64,000 nucleotides of DNA from Leucoraja ocellata. Lineage: Eukaryota. Below are positions 23,986 to 37,700 of this stretch, one piece after another. A program made the translations under genes and the position numbers. The stretch lies in assembly GCA_036785375.1 (NCBI GenBank), contig JAWMAR010000471.1, positions 310,001 to 374,000 on the forward strand. The letters are read 5' to 3'. Position 1 is the first letter of the stretch; every line of letters starts with the position of its first letter. A model generated the notes under the pieces. That model had not been told where the DNA came from and made no database searches. It saw only the letters and a list, made by a program, of their open reading frames with translations.

Positions 23986-26369
23986 TCAGCTTCTGCTTTG
24001 CCTGCTGCCGTGAGATCCGTCTGCACCGCGCTTGCTGGTTGTGGTTTATCGCCGTCTGAGAATTCTTCCTAACTCACTCAGTTTCTCTCGAGGGCGGCTT
24101 GCGGTGTCATCGGCGCAGCTGAAACCCACCGACTCCCCTTCTGTGCTCCGTGCTGAGGGCGGCATCTATGTGAACAGAATCGCCATGTCTGGTGTCTGGA
24201 AAACACAAGGATTGGGTTTAGATTTATAATGGTCAGAGATACAGTGATTAACTATGCTTTACATACTAGCTGGCAGATCAGATAACGATCCATAAATACA
24301 ACCCATTCAAACCGAAGTGCAATAGATAGAGCAAAGGGAAAGATACAGAGTGCAGAATAAAGTTCTCCACATTGTAGCGCATCAATTCCAGAATCAAATC
24401 CCAATGTCCACAATGGGGTCGATGTGCACCGGCCTGTACTCTACTTTATGGAGTTAAATCCTGTAGTACCCTGTCAAGACCGAGATTCAGGGGAGAGGGA
24501 GACTAGAGATATGGAACGGTAACGTGTGAAAACGATAGATCATGACGGACGCAGCTACAGGAAATGTCTAATATCATTGTTAGCTGGGGGGGGGGGGGGG
24601 GGGGGGGGCGACAACGTGGCATTCAAACAGAAACATTTGTCCGATTTTGAATGGTAACGAAATTGAAAATGTATCGCTTATTGGCGACGCCGATCAACAT
24701 CATCTTCGTCACCTGTGTGGTCCCTACATTGGCGACATTCGGCTCGATTGGGGAACGCAATGTAGCTCATTGCAGCTGAGAGCAGTACATCGAGTCAGCA
24801 GGATCTCGGAGAGGACCCACGAGGTCACGGCGAGAACCTGCAATCTCCGTACAGACAGCACCCGTAGACGGGATCGATCCCGTGTCTCCGGCGCTGCAAG
24901 TGCTGTAAGGCAGCAACTCTACTGCTGCGCCACCGTGGCCGCCCGGAATCTAGTTTGGTTGGGTTGGGTTGGAATGGTGGGCACGATAAATAATTCACGC
25001 GAATGCTTTGCGGTTTGGGAGAGCACCGTGAATGTTGGTAAATGAACACAACGCATTTTCGCGGAGAATAATAAAGATAGGCACCAAGTCAAAAAATATT
25101 TCCACATTCTAAATAAACCCTTCAAAACAACAAAATAGCCTTCTCCTCCTTGAATAAACTGTGATCTGGTAAATGTTTGATGAAGCGAGGGGTGGATCTC
25201 ATCATTGAATTTGGAGATGAACAACCAACAAAATAACTTGCAGCGATTTGAAATGTGACATATCGTTGTTAAAGTAGAGGAGCGTCTTGTCGTTCAAATC
25301 TTCATCTCAATCTCGGATTCCATGCCTTTCTCTAAACATCTCCTCTGTGCCATTTTACAAAGCACTTGCCCACATATCGCCCTTACTCGTGCCTTAACCC
25401 TTGTCCCCTTTCACTCCCTGACAAAGCTCGATTGCTACAATATATTATCAGTGGCATTAGTTGTATGTATGTTGCAAGATAATTCATTGATTTAATTGAA
25501 AAATTCTTGTCACTGTTACTTTGAAGAGCGAGCGCCGGTGTGGCAATCTTTGGCGACTTGAAGCCTATCTTTAGCATTCTCTTAGATCATTATTGTTACG
25601 GATATTCACCCGACGTGTTTCACGCCAAGGTCAGCCTCATTGATTACTGTATTCAGATGAAATATACCGTAGGTCCAACAGTAGCAGTGCCCCCCAAGTT
25701 CGACTCTGTAGATCTGTTATTAGTCGGAGTATTTGGGAAAGAAGCTTGCAGTGTAGTTACCCGATTGACCAACTAACCGGGATACGCGCCTGTGTACACT
25801 GCGATGACGATACATTCCCTCTATAACAATTAAATACAAGGTTATTCTGCCGATCACTTATTTTCGCAGCTGAGTCCAAGCAGATCAATAACATTTGAAC
25901 ATTTTAAGACACGACAACATTTTCCAGAAATATATCCACTTTAACGAACACATTTTTTTGTAGCAACGTGTCTTTATTTGAAATAAAGATAATTTACATC
26001 GTGCTTGTTTCGCTTCCTATGGTAGGAATTAGGTTCGTGCTAACCGTTTACTCTGTATATCTGACCCATTCTACCAGAACAGCCTTCCAGTCCATTCATG
26101 AAAACAATTCACGTATGACTAGAGATGCTGGAATGTGCAGCAAATCTAAAATTATGTGTTGGAGGACCAAAAGGAATAGGTGACCTGAAGAAGGGTCTCG
26201 ACACGAAACATTACCTATACCAATTCATTTTCTCCATGTCATATGGATGGCGATTAGATAGTGCCCGGCTTTCCATTTACATGTAGGGAAATATTAGACC
26301 GGTTCGCATTCACAATGATGGTCGACATTCAGTCGGAGTAAGTAGCCGGATTAACTGCTGCGACTTTAC

Positions 26370-26415
26370 CTATCAGGCATGCTCCCCACACAATAGAAAT
26401 GGCAAATACGCGCAT
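26370..26415 (-). pseudogene. Orphan family-1 leader exon (V exon deleted at ~26167)
   Basis: MRVFAISIVWGACLI + GT; flank joins directly to sequence that follows the pseudo-V in other units. Confidence 0.8.
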
Positions 26416-28566
26416 TTTCCCTGTGAAAACCCCTTTGCGAACTTCCCTCCTCGACCTGGTGCTGTGCGGCTTTCGGATGTTCTCGCCTCTCCTGCTGGTG
26501 CTGGTGGCGCTGTGGTAACGGTGGCGGGAAGTGACTGCCTTCCGCCTACCTCAACCTCCTCCCCAGTTGGGACTCGGTCAGCGTTCTTTCATGTTAGGCA
26601 TGTAGTGACTGGGTTAGGGGGGGAATCGTCTTCAACGCTGTAACAGGGGAAACTCGGATCTGCTTTTGTGAGGAACTCTAAGGTATCATAATGTAAAACA
26701 ACTATGAGGAGCGGGTGAATGCGGGAATTATCGGTCACGTTGATGGCCTGGCGAAATGTACTTTCTGTTTAAATTTATCTCCGAGTTAGAAATTATCCCC
26801 ATTCCCACATCAAACCGCACGGAACGGATTCAATGCGAGATAGATGCAAGTGAGGATGCGAGGCCACCTTTAGAATATTGCGTTCCATTTTGGGCATTTA
26901 TCATATGAAACTTGTCGTCAGGCAGGAAAGGGTGCAGAGAATACTTGGGATGATGTTGCCAGCACCCAAAGGACTGAGTTTTGTTTAATGTAGTTCATAG
27001 ATAGAGGCCGGAAACGGGCCCTTCGACCCACCGAGTCCGCACCTACCATTGATCCCCGTACATCAACGATACCTTACACACACTAGGGACAATTTTACAT
27101 TGATAACAAACCAATTAACCTACAAACATGGACGCCTTTGGAGTGTGAGCGGAAACCCAAGATATCGGAGAAAACCCACGCTAGGCGCGGGGAGGGCGTA
27201 CAAACTGTGTACAGACAATGGTTCATATTAAAGCCCCACCGCACACACACACACACCTTCAACCTGTATCATCTGGTTCTCTATTCCTCTATACGGGGCA
27301 AGTGACTCTGTGTGTTTACCCGATCTGCTCCTCTCATGATTTTGGACACCCTTCACCCCCCTGCGGATCGTGGAATAGTCCTAGCCACCTCATCCTCAAC
27401 ATGTAGCTCAGTGGCACGGCGGCACGGTGACGTAACGGTATAGCTACTTCCTTACTGCGCCAGAGACAAGGGTATCCTGACTACGGGTGCTTGTATGTAC
27501 AGTTTCTACGCTCTCCCCGTGACTTGCGAGGGCTTTCTCCAGATCTTGGGGTTTCGCCCACAATCCAAAGACGTACATGTTTGTAGGTTAATTGGCTTGT
27601 TATAAATACCAACACAATGGGAACAGCATCCCTCTTCCCATCAGAACAGCCCCCTCCATCAACTCTTTAATGTCTAGACTGAAAACTTATTTCTACTCTC
27701 AAGACTTCCTTGAGGTCCCCTGAGGGAGCGCTGCATGTGTGTACTTCTGTATGTATTGTTGATCTCTGTACAACTGTTTGTATCACGTTTAGTACCTGCA
27801 CTAATGTAAAGCACTTTGCACAACGAGAGTTGTTTTAAATGTGCTATGGAAATAAAATTGACTTGACTTGACTTGATCAATGTAGAATTGTCCCTAGTGT
27901 GTGTAGCGTTTTTTTTGATGTGCGGGGATCACTGATAGGTGCGGACACGGAGGGCCGAAGGGCCAGTTTCCGCGCTGTTTCTCTGAACTACACGAATCAA
28001 ACTCAGTCCCTTGGGTGCTGGCAACATCATTGCAAGTTTTCTCTGCACCCTTCCCTGCTGGACACGATTTTTCATATGACATGTGCCCAAAACGGAACGC
28101 AATACTCTAAAGGTGGCCTCGCATCCTAAATTGCATCTATCTCGCAGCGAATCCGTTCCTTGCGGTTCGATGTGGGAAAGGGAGCCATTTCTAACTCGGA
28201 ATAAAATTTAAACAGAAAGTACATTTCGCCACGCAATCAACGTAACCTATAAATCCCGCATTGACCCGCTCCTCATAGTTCCCTTTACATTATGATACCT
28301 TAGAGTTCCTCACAAAAGCCGAGCCGAATTTCCCCTGTTACAGCGATGAAGACGTTTCCTTTCCCCACCCAGTCACTACATGCCTAACCTGAGAGAACGC
28401 TGACAGAGTCCCAAGGGGGGAGGAAGTTGAGGTCGGCGGAAGTCAGTCGCTTCCCGCTCACCGTTACCACAGCGCCACCAGCACCAGCAGGAGAGGCGAG
28501 AACATCCGAAAGCCGCACAGCACCAGATCGAGGAGAGAATTTCACAAAGGGTTTTTCACAGGGAAA

Positions 28567-29500
28567 ATGCGCGTATTTGCCATTTGGATTGTGTGGGGAG
28601 CATGCCTGATAGGTAAAGTCGCAGCAGTTAATCCGGCTACTTACTCCGACGGAACGTCGACCATCATTGTGAATGCGAAACCGGTCTAATATTTCCCTAC
28701 ATGTAAATGGAAAGCCGGGTACTATCTAACCGCCATCCATATGCCATGGAGAAAATGAATTGGTATAGGTAATGTTTCGTGTCGAGACCCTTCTTCAGGT
28801 CACCTATTACTTTTGTCAAGAGAGGCTGGCTGATCCGCTGAGTTACTCCAGCTTTTGTGCCTAACTTCGGTTTAAGTCAGCATCTGCAGTTCCTTACTAC
28901 CTCTCAGCCGCGGGCATGTTCGATTCACCTCGATATGCAAGGGAACTATGCGATGCATATCTACCCCAGTGTCGACATTGGCATTTGTCTCTGGAACTGA
29001 TTCTCTATAATAAGAATAACTTTATTCTGCACTCTCTGTCTTCCCTTTATCTATCCATTGAACGTGCGTTTGATTTGATTGTATTTAAGTATATTATCAG
29101 TTGATGTGTTTGGGTGACTTGTAATACAAAGATCTTCCGCGTATTTCGGTGCACGCATGACAAACCTAAACCTAATCCATATATTTATTTCAGATCCCAA
29201 TCATGGAGATACCGTCACACAATCGCTGCCGTCAGTACAGAAGGTGGAAGGAGAGTCGATGACTTTCAGCTGCACCTATGACACCGCAGAAACGAGCTAC
29301 GTCTTATTTTGGTACCGGCATCATCAGGACTCAAAGCCCGAGTTCATACTGAATAAATATTCACATGAATACGAGGAGAAAGCCGATTTTGCAGGCGATC
29401 GCTTCTCTGCCCAGCTCCAGACCGATAGAAAATTAGTCAGTTTAACCCTATCGGGGCTGGAGCTGAGCGACTCTGCAGTTTATTACTGCGCCTTTAGTCT
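28567..29500 (+). CDS. TCR alpha/delta-type V segment, family 1 (V6); leader 28567-28612, V exon 29194-29500
   Basis: Intact leader, splice sites and open V exon. Confidence 0.92.
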
Positions 29501-29539
29501 CACAGTGATGGAAACCAGTGAAACCTTCATACAAAAACA
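29501..29539 (+). other. 23-RSS of V6
   Basis: CACAGTG + 23 + ACAAAAACA. Confidence 0.93.
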
Positions 29540-31880
29540 TCAGCTTCTGCTTTGCCTGCTACAGCGAGATACGTCTGCACCGCGCTTGCTGGTTGTGGTT
29601 TCTCGCCGCCTGAGAATTCCTTCCAACTCACTCAGTTTCTCTCGAGGGCGGCTTGCGGTGTCATCGGTTCAGCAGAAACCCACCGACTCCCTTTCTGTGC
29701 TCCGTGCTGAGGGCGGCATCTGTGGGAACAGAATCGCCATGTCTGGTGTCTGGAAAACACATGGATTGGGTTTAGATTTATAATGGTCAGAGATAAAGTT
29801 ATGAACTATGCTTTACATATTAGCTGGCAGACCAGATAACGATCCATAAATACAACCCATTCAAACCGAAGTGCTATAGATAGAGCAAAGGGAAAGATAG
29901 AGAGTGCAGAATAAAGTTCTCCACATTGTAGCGCATCAATTCCAGAATCAAATCCCAATGTCCACAATGGGGTCGATGTGCACCGGCCTGTGCTCCACAT
30001 TATGGAGTTAAGTCCTGTAGTACCCTGCCGAAGATAGGCACAAAATGCAGGTGGGACAGAAGGCATATCCGGAGAGAAGATGGGTGACGTTTCGGGTCAA
30101 GACCGAGATTCAGGAGAGAAGGAGACTAGAGATATGGAAAGGTAAGGTGTGATAACGAGAGATTAAAGCGGACGCTGGTCCAGGAAATGTCTAATATCAT
30201 TGTTAGCTGGGGTGGAAGGCAACAACTTGGCATTCAAACAGAAACATTAGTGCGATTGTGAATGATAACGAAATTGAAAATGTATCGCTGATTGGCGACG
30301 CCGATCAACATCATCTTCTTCATCTGTGTGGTCCCTACATTGGCGATATTCGCCTCGATTGGGGAAAGCAATGTTGCTCATTGCAGCTGAGAGCAGTACA
30401 TCTAGTCAGCAGGATCTCCGAGAGGACCCGCGAGGTCACGGCGAGAACCTACAAACTCCGTACAGACGGCACCCGTAGACGGGATCGATCCCGTGTCTCC
30501 GGTGTCTCCAAGTGCTGTAAGGCAGCAACTCTACTGCTGCGCCACCGTGGCCGCCCGGAATTTAATTTGGGTTGGGTTGGAATGGTGGGCAGGAAAAATA
30601 ATTCACGCGAATGCTTTGCGGTTTGGGAGAGCACCGTGAATGTTGGTAAATGAACACAACGCATTTTCGCGGAGAATAATAAAGATAGGCACCAAGTCAA
30701 GAAAGATTTCCACACGATATAAAAAAAACTTCAAAACCACAAAATAGCCTTCTCCTCATTGAATAAACTGTGATCTGGTAAATGTTTGATGAAGCGAGGG
30801 GTGGATCTCATCATTGAAACTGGTGATGAACAACCAACAGAATAACTTGCAGCAATTTGAAATGTGACATATGGTTGTTAAAGTAGAGGAGCGTCTTGGC
30901 GTTCAAACCTTCATCTCAATCTCGGATTCCATGCCTTTCTCTTAACATCTCCTCTGTTCCATTTTACAAAGCACTTGCCCACATATCGCCCCATACTCGT
31001 GCCTTGACCCTTATCCCCTTCCATCCGCTGACAAAGCTCGATTGCTACAATATTATTATCAGTGGCATTAGTTGTATGTATGCTGTAAGATAGTTCATTG
31101 ATTTAATTGAGAAATTCTTGTCACTGTCATTTTGAAGAGCGAGCGCCGTTGTGGAAATCTTTGGCGACTTGAAGCTTATCTTTAGCATTCTCTTAGAACA
31201 TTATTGTTACTGATATTCAACCCGACGTGTTTCACCCCAAAGTCTGCCTCATTGATTACTGTATTCAGATAAAATATACCGTAGGTCCAACAGTAGCAGT
31301 GCCCCCAGGTTCGACTCTGTAGACCTGTGATTAGTCGGAGTATTTGGGAAAGAAGCTTGCAGTGTAGTTACCCGATTGACCAACTAACCGGGATACACGC
31401 CTGTGTACACTGCGATGACGATACATTCCCTCTATAACAATTAAATACAAGGTTATTCTGTCGATCACTTAATTTCGCAGCTGAGTCCAAGCAGATCAAT
31501 AACATTTGAACATTTTAAGACACGCCAATATTATCCAGAAAGATATCCACTATAACGAAGCAATTTTATGTAGCAATGTGACTTTATTTGAAATATAGAT
31601 TATTTTCATGGTGCTTATTTCGCTTCCTGATGCAGTAATTAGGTTCGCGCTAAGCGTTTATTCTGTATATCTGACCCATTCTACCAGAACAGCCTTCCAG
31701 TCAATTCTTGAAAACAAGTCACGTATGACTAGAGATGCTAGAATCTGCAGCAAATCTAAAATTATGTGTTGGAGGATCTCAGCGGCGTCTGCCAGACATT
31801 GTACAAGAAATGAAATGCAAAGCATAGTTCATCACTCTATCTCTGACCATTATAAATCTAAACCCAATCCATGTGTTTTC

Positions 31881-32443
31881 CAGTATGAACTCGGGCCTTG
31901 AGTCCTGATTATGCCGGTACCAAAGTAAGACGTAGTACGTTGCTGCGGTATCATAAGTGCAGCTGAAAGTCATCGACTCTCCTTCCACCTTCTGTGCTGA
32001 CGGCAGCGATTGTGTGACGGCATCTCAATGATTGGGATCTGAAAAAATGTATGGATTAGGTTTAGGTTTGTCATACGTGCCCCGAAATACGCGGAAGATT
32101 TGGGTATTACATGTCACCCAAACTGATCAACTGATAATATACTTAAATACAATCAAATCAAACGCACGTTCAATAGATAGATGAAGGGAAGATAGAGAGT
32201 GCAGAATAAAAGGAATAGGTGACCTGAAGAAGGGTCTCGACACGAAACATTACCTGTACCAATTCATTTTCTCCACGACATATGGATGGCGATTAGATAG
32301 TACCCGGCTTTCCATTTACATGTAGGGAAATATTAGACCGGTTTCGCATTCACAATGATGGTCGACATTCAGTTGGAGTAAATAGCCGGATTAACTGCTG
32401 CGACTTTCCCTATCAGGCATGCTCCCCTCACAATGCAAATGGC
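31881..32443 (-). pseudogene. Truncated family-1 V pseudogene (exon remnant 32038-31881; leader remnant 32443-32410 lacks ATG and GT donor)
   Basis: Same deletion junction and TGA as 3420-3577. Confidence 0.87.
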
Positions 32444-32853
32444 ACAATGTCCACAATGGGGTCGATGTGCATCGGCCTCTACTCTACTTTATGGAGTTAA
32501 ATTTCGTTGTACCCAGCCGAAGATAGACACAAAATGCTGATGGGACAGGAGGCATTTCCGGAGAGAAAACGGGTGACGTTTTGGAAGATATGGAATGCAA
32601 AGCATAGTTCATCACTATATTACTGACCATTATAAATCTAAACCCAATCCATGTGTTTTCCAGATACCGGACATGGCGATTCTGTTCACACAGATGCCGC
32701 TCTCAGCACGGAGCACAGAAAGTGAGTCGGTGAGTTTCAGCTGCGCCGATGACACCGCAAGCCGCCCTCGAGAGAAACTGAGTAAGTTGGGAAGAATTCT
32801 CAGGCGGCAGGAAACCACAAACAGCAAGCTGCAGCAGGCAAAGCAGAAGCTAA

Positions 32854-32892
32854 TGTTTTTGTATGAAGGTTTCACTGGTTTCCATCACTGTG
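32854..32892 (-). other. 23-RSS of V7
   Basis: CACAGTG + 23 + ACAAAAACA on the minus strand. Confidence 0.93.
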
Positions 32893-33818
32893 AGGCTAAA
32901 GGCGCAGTAATAAACTGCAGAGTCGCTCAGCTCCATCCCCGAAAGGGTTAAACTGACTAATTTTCTATCGGTCTGGAGCTCGGAAGAGAAGCGATCGCCA
33001 GCAAATTCGGATTTCTCCTCGGTTCCTCCTGAATGTTTATACAGTATGAACTCGGGCCTTGAGTCCTGATGCTGCCGGTACCAAAATAAGTAGTAGTACG
33101 TTGCTGCGGTATCATAGGTGCAGCTGAAAGTCACCGACTCTCCTTCTACCTTCTGTGCTGACGGCAGCGATTGTGTGACGGTATCTCCATGATTGGGATC
33201 TGAAATAAATATATGGAATAGGTTTAGGTTTGCCATGCGTGCCCCGAAATGCGCGGAAGACCTTTGTATTACATGTCACCCAAACACATCAACTGATAAT
33301 ATACAATCAAATCAAACGCACGCTCAATAGAGAGATGAAGGGAAGATAGAGAGTGCAGAATAAAGTTATTATTATTGTAGCGAATCAGTTCCAGAGATAA
33401 AGGCCAATGTCGACACTGGGGCAGATATGCATCGCATAGTTCCCTTGCATATCGAGGTGAATCGACCATTGCAGCGGCGTATAGGTAGCAAGGAACTGCA
33501 GATGCTGACTTAAACCGAATTTAGACACAAGAATCTGGAGTAACTCAGCGGGTCAGCCAGCCTCTCTTGGCAAAAGGAATAGGTGACGTGAAGAAGGGTC
33601 TCGACACCAAACATTACCTATACCAATTCATTTTCTCCATGGCATGTGGCTGGCGATTAGATAGTACCGAGCTTTCCATTTACATGTAGGGAAAGATAAG
33701 ACCGGTTCGCATTCACAATGATGGTCGACGTTCCGTCGCAGCAAGTAGCCGGATTAACAGCTGCGACTTTACCTATCAGGCATGCTCCCCACACAATCCA
33801 AATGGCAAATACGCGCAT
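32893..33818 (-). CDS. TCR alpha/delta-type V segment, family 1 (V7); leader 33818-33773, V exon 33199-32893
   Basis: Intact leader, splice sites and open V exon (CDR2 region YKHSGGTEEK). Confidence 0.92.
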
Positions 33819-34831
33819 TTTCCCTGTGAAAAAATATCTGTGAAATTCCCTCCTCGACCTGGTGCTGTGCGGCTTTCGGATGTTCTCGCCTCCCCTGCTG
33901 GTGCTGGTGGCGCTGTGGTAACGGTGGGCGGGGAGCGACTGACTTCCGCCTACCTCAACTTCCTGCCCAGTTGGGACTCGGTCAGCGTTCTTCCAGGCTA
34001 GGCATGTAGTGACTGGTCCTCATCGCTGTAACAGGGAAAACGCGACTGGGCTTTTGTGAGGAACTCTAAGGCATCATAACGTAAAGGAACTATGAGGAGC
34101 GGGTCAATGCGGGATTTATAGGCTACGTTGATTGCCTGGTGAAATGTACTTTCTGTTTAAATTTAATTCCGAGTTAGAAATGGCCCCCATTCCCACATCG
34201 AACCGCAAGTAACGGATTCGATGCGAGATAGAAGCAAGTTAGGATACGGGGCCACCTTTAGAGTATTGCGTTCCGTTTTGCGCACTTGTCATATGAAAGA
34301 TGTTGTCCAGCAGGAAAGGGTGCAGAGAAAACTTGCGATGATATTGCCAGCACTAAAGGGACTGGGTTTTGTTTTGAGATAGAGCGCGGAAACTGGCCCT
34401 TCGGTCCACCGAGTCCGCACCTACCAGTGACCCCACACATCAACAATACCGTACACACACTAGGGCCAATTTTACATTCTCTAACAAGCCAAGTAACCTG
34501 CAAACATGTACGTCCTTGAAGTGTGGGCGGAAACCCAAGATCTCAGAGAAAAACCTACGCAAGTCACTTGGAGAGCGTACACACTGTACATACAAGCACC
34601 CGTAGTCGGGATACCCGGGTTTCTGGCGCAGTAAGGAAGTAGCTATTCCGCTACGTCACCGTGCCGCCGTGCCACCGAGCCACGTGGTGAGGATGAGGTG
34701 GCTAGGACTTTATTCCATGATGCGCAGGGGGGTGAAGGGTGTCCAAAATAATGAGAGGGATAGATCGAGTAAACGCACAGAGTCACTTGCCCCGTATAGG
34801 GGAATAGAGAACCAAAGGATACAGGTTTAAG

Positions 34832-34832
<1 letters not shown>

Positions 34833-34873
<41 letters not shown>
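34833..34873 (+). repeat. (TG)n microsatellite
   Basis: Seen directly. Confidence 0.92.
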
Positions 34874-34876
<3 letters not shown>

Positions 34877-35636
34877 GATTTCATAAGAACCAGAGGGGAA
34901 ATCTTTTTACACAAACGGTGGTGGGTGTCTGGATCAAGCTGCCGTGGTTGGTAGTTGAGGCAGGTATCATCGTAACATTTAGACAGGCACATGGAAAAGA
35001 TAGGCATGGAGGAATATGGGCCAAGCGCAGGCCGGTGGGATTAATGTAGATGGGACATATTTGTCGGTGTGGACAGGTTGGGATGAAGAGTCCCTTCCCA
35101 TGCTGTATGACTCTCTGAGTCTAACTTGGAGAAACCCCTGTTTCCCCTTCCCCTCCCCCGCTTAGGTTCCCTCGCATTCTCTCACCATCTTGTACCCGAA
35201 TTCCCCTTTGTCCCTTAAAATAACGTTTTATTTTACTGTTTCACGTTATAGGTGACAATAATAAACCAAATCTAAACTAAATTGAACTAAACTAAATCAA
35301 ATGAAACCAAACTGAACTGAACGTCATGAAACTCACAGACATGATTTGGGAGCCGTTCAACGCACAATGACCTTCAGGTATATACGTGTCGTTACGTTAT
35401 CTCATCATACAACACCGAGCTCCTTGGGTAACACTATTTTGCTTTTATTGCTTCCGATTTTCCCTTATAAGGGCAGTGACTCCAGCTAAGGGCAAATCGG
35501 AAGCCAATAAAGCAAAATAGTGTTCCCACCCAAGGAGCTCACCGCGTGTTGTGATGAGCCTAACGTAAGACACGGGCAACAACGAGGGAGCGCTCTGATT
35601 GCCGACGGCACACCAACAACTCAGCTGACAGACAGC

Positions 35637-36101
35637 ATGTGGTTCCTCATTATCTGGATGGCGTGGGGAACATTTTTGATAAGTAACAGCGACACACATG
35701 CATTTCCCTTCTCTTTTACTTGTGAAACTGGGTATGATTCTGAGACTTTAAATCTCGCTCATCTGATATTTTTGTCCGTTTGGATCTATTTTTACAGATC
35801 ACGGCCGTGCAGATTCTGTCACTCAGTCGCCGCCATTAGCAGTGAAGACAGAAGGAGAAGCAGTGACGTTGGAATGCACCTTCAAAACCCCGGGTGCCTA
35901 CACGATATTCTGGTATCGACAGATGCCCGGCTCAGAGCCCGAGTTCACTTTATGGAAAGACAGCAATGGCTATGAACGGAAAGCGGAGTTTGCTAAAAGT
36001 CGTTTCACTGTCGAACTCCGCACCGAGAGTAAATTCATCAGTTTGACCATCTCAGATCTGGAGCTGAGCGACTCTGCAGTTTATTACTGCGCTTTGAGCC
36101 G
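35637..36101 (+). CDS. TCR alpha/delta-type V segment, family 2 (V8); leader 35637-35682, V exon 35798-36101
   Basis: Paralog of V4; open frame, canonical splice sites. Confidence 0.92.
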
Positions 36102-36139
36102 CACAGTGATGGGAATCAGTATACACTCGTACAGAAACA
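36102..36139 (+). other. RSS of V8 (22-bp spacer)
   Basis: CACAGTG + 22 + ACAGAAACA. Confidence 0.88.
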
Positions 36140-37654
36140 CCAGGCGCATTGTGGCTCGCGCTGGAATCTAATGCAAGCCTCACACGGGTTCCTGTTCGCG
36201 GTTTACTGTAATTCTGAGAATTGTTTCCAAAGTCGTTTTTGGTACGATTTGCGCAGGTGCGCGGGTGGCTTGCTTCCTATTCGCTGAGAGCTGTCACCCT
36301 TCCGTTACTGGTCCATGTTCTTGTCTATTCTCTGCTCCGTGTCTCTCTCTCGTTACAACAGCTCCGAAATGAAAATCTCGCATCCTCCCAGCTTCTCAGA
36401 AAACACGGTATTCGAAATGTTCTTTGTTCTATTCGGTTTCCAAAATTCTTTATTCAAAGTCTTCCATGAATTGTGATCATTTCCCGCTGATTACGATGAT
36501 CACAGTGCCAATAATAAGCTATTTTAGTCCAGGCTGCTAAACAGGGTTTGTCCACTGCTCCGACAGCGCCACAGACACGGGTGTGAACCTGACCTCGCCG
36601 TTGTCGTTGCGCAGTTTGCACGTTCTCCTGTTCGTCCAAATCGATCGTTATATATCGGCTAGTTGCAGAATATCTTATTCAGAATAGGGAAACAACAACC
36701 CGAGGGCATGGGTATAACGTAGAGGGGGCGGGGGTGTTGGGTGTGTGTATGTATTTGTGTGTGTGTGTGTGGGGGGGGGGGGGGGGTTGGGTGGGGGGGG
36801 GGGGGGAGGGGGATAATAGCAACCTGAGGGGTAACCTTTTCCCACACACGAATGGAACGAGCTGCCCGAGGAGGCAGTTGAGGCAACGAGTATCGTAACG
36901 TTGAAGAAACATTGAGACAGGGACATGCATTGGACAGGTTTAGAAGGATATGGGCAAAACGCAGGCTGGCGGATGTACTAAAATTCTGGAGTAACTCAGC
37001 GGGCAGGCAGCGAGACCGAACTGACACATTAGTCAGCCCCATTGATTAACACTATCCTACACACACTGGGACAATTTTCACTTACACCAAGCCAATTAAC
37101 CTGCATACTTGTACGCCACAGATCTCGGAGAAAGACCCACGAGGTCACGGCGTGAAGCTACAAACTCCGTACCGACAGCACCCGTAGTCGGGATCGAACT
37201 CGGGTCTCCGGCGCTGCAAGTGCTGTAAGGCAGCAACTCTACTGCTGCGCCACCGTGGCCGCCCGGAATTTAATTTGGTTGGGTTGGAATGGTGGGCAGG
37301 ATAAATAATTCACGCGAATACTTTGAGGTTTGTGAGAGCACCGTGAATGTTGGTAAATGAACACAACGCATTTTCGCGGACAATAATAAAGATAGGCAAT
37401 AAGTTAAAAAAGGTTTCCACACGATTAAAAAAAAACCCTTCAAAATGACAAAATTGCCATCTCCTCCTTGAATAAACTGTGATCTGGTAAATGTTTGATG
37501 AAGCGGGTAGTTGATCTCATCATTGAAACGAGATGATATAATTTCGTACCCGGCTTTCCATTTACATGTAGGGAAAGATTAGACCGGTTGGCATTCACAA
37601 TGATGGTCGACGTTCCTTCGGAGCAAGTAGCTGGATTAACTGTTGAGACTTTAC

Positions 37655-37700
37655 CTGTCAGGCATGCTCCCCACACAATGCAAATGGCAAAAACGCGCAT
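37655..37700 (-). pseudogene. Orphan family-1 leader exon (duplicate of 21442-21487)
   Basis: Same sequence and context at +16213. Confidence 0.78.
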
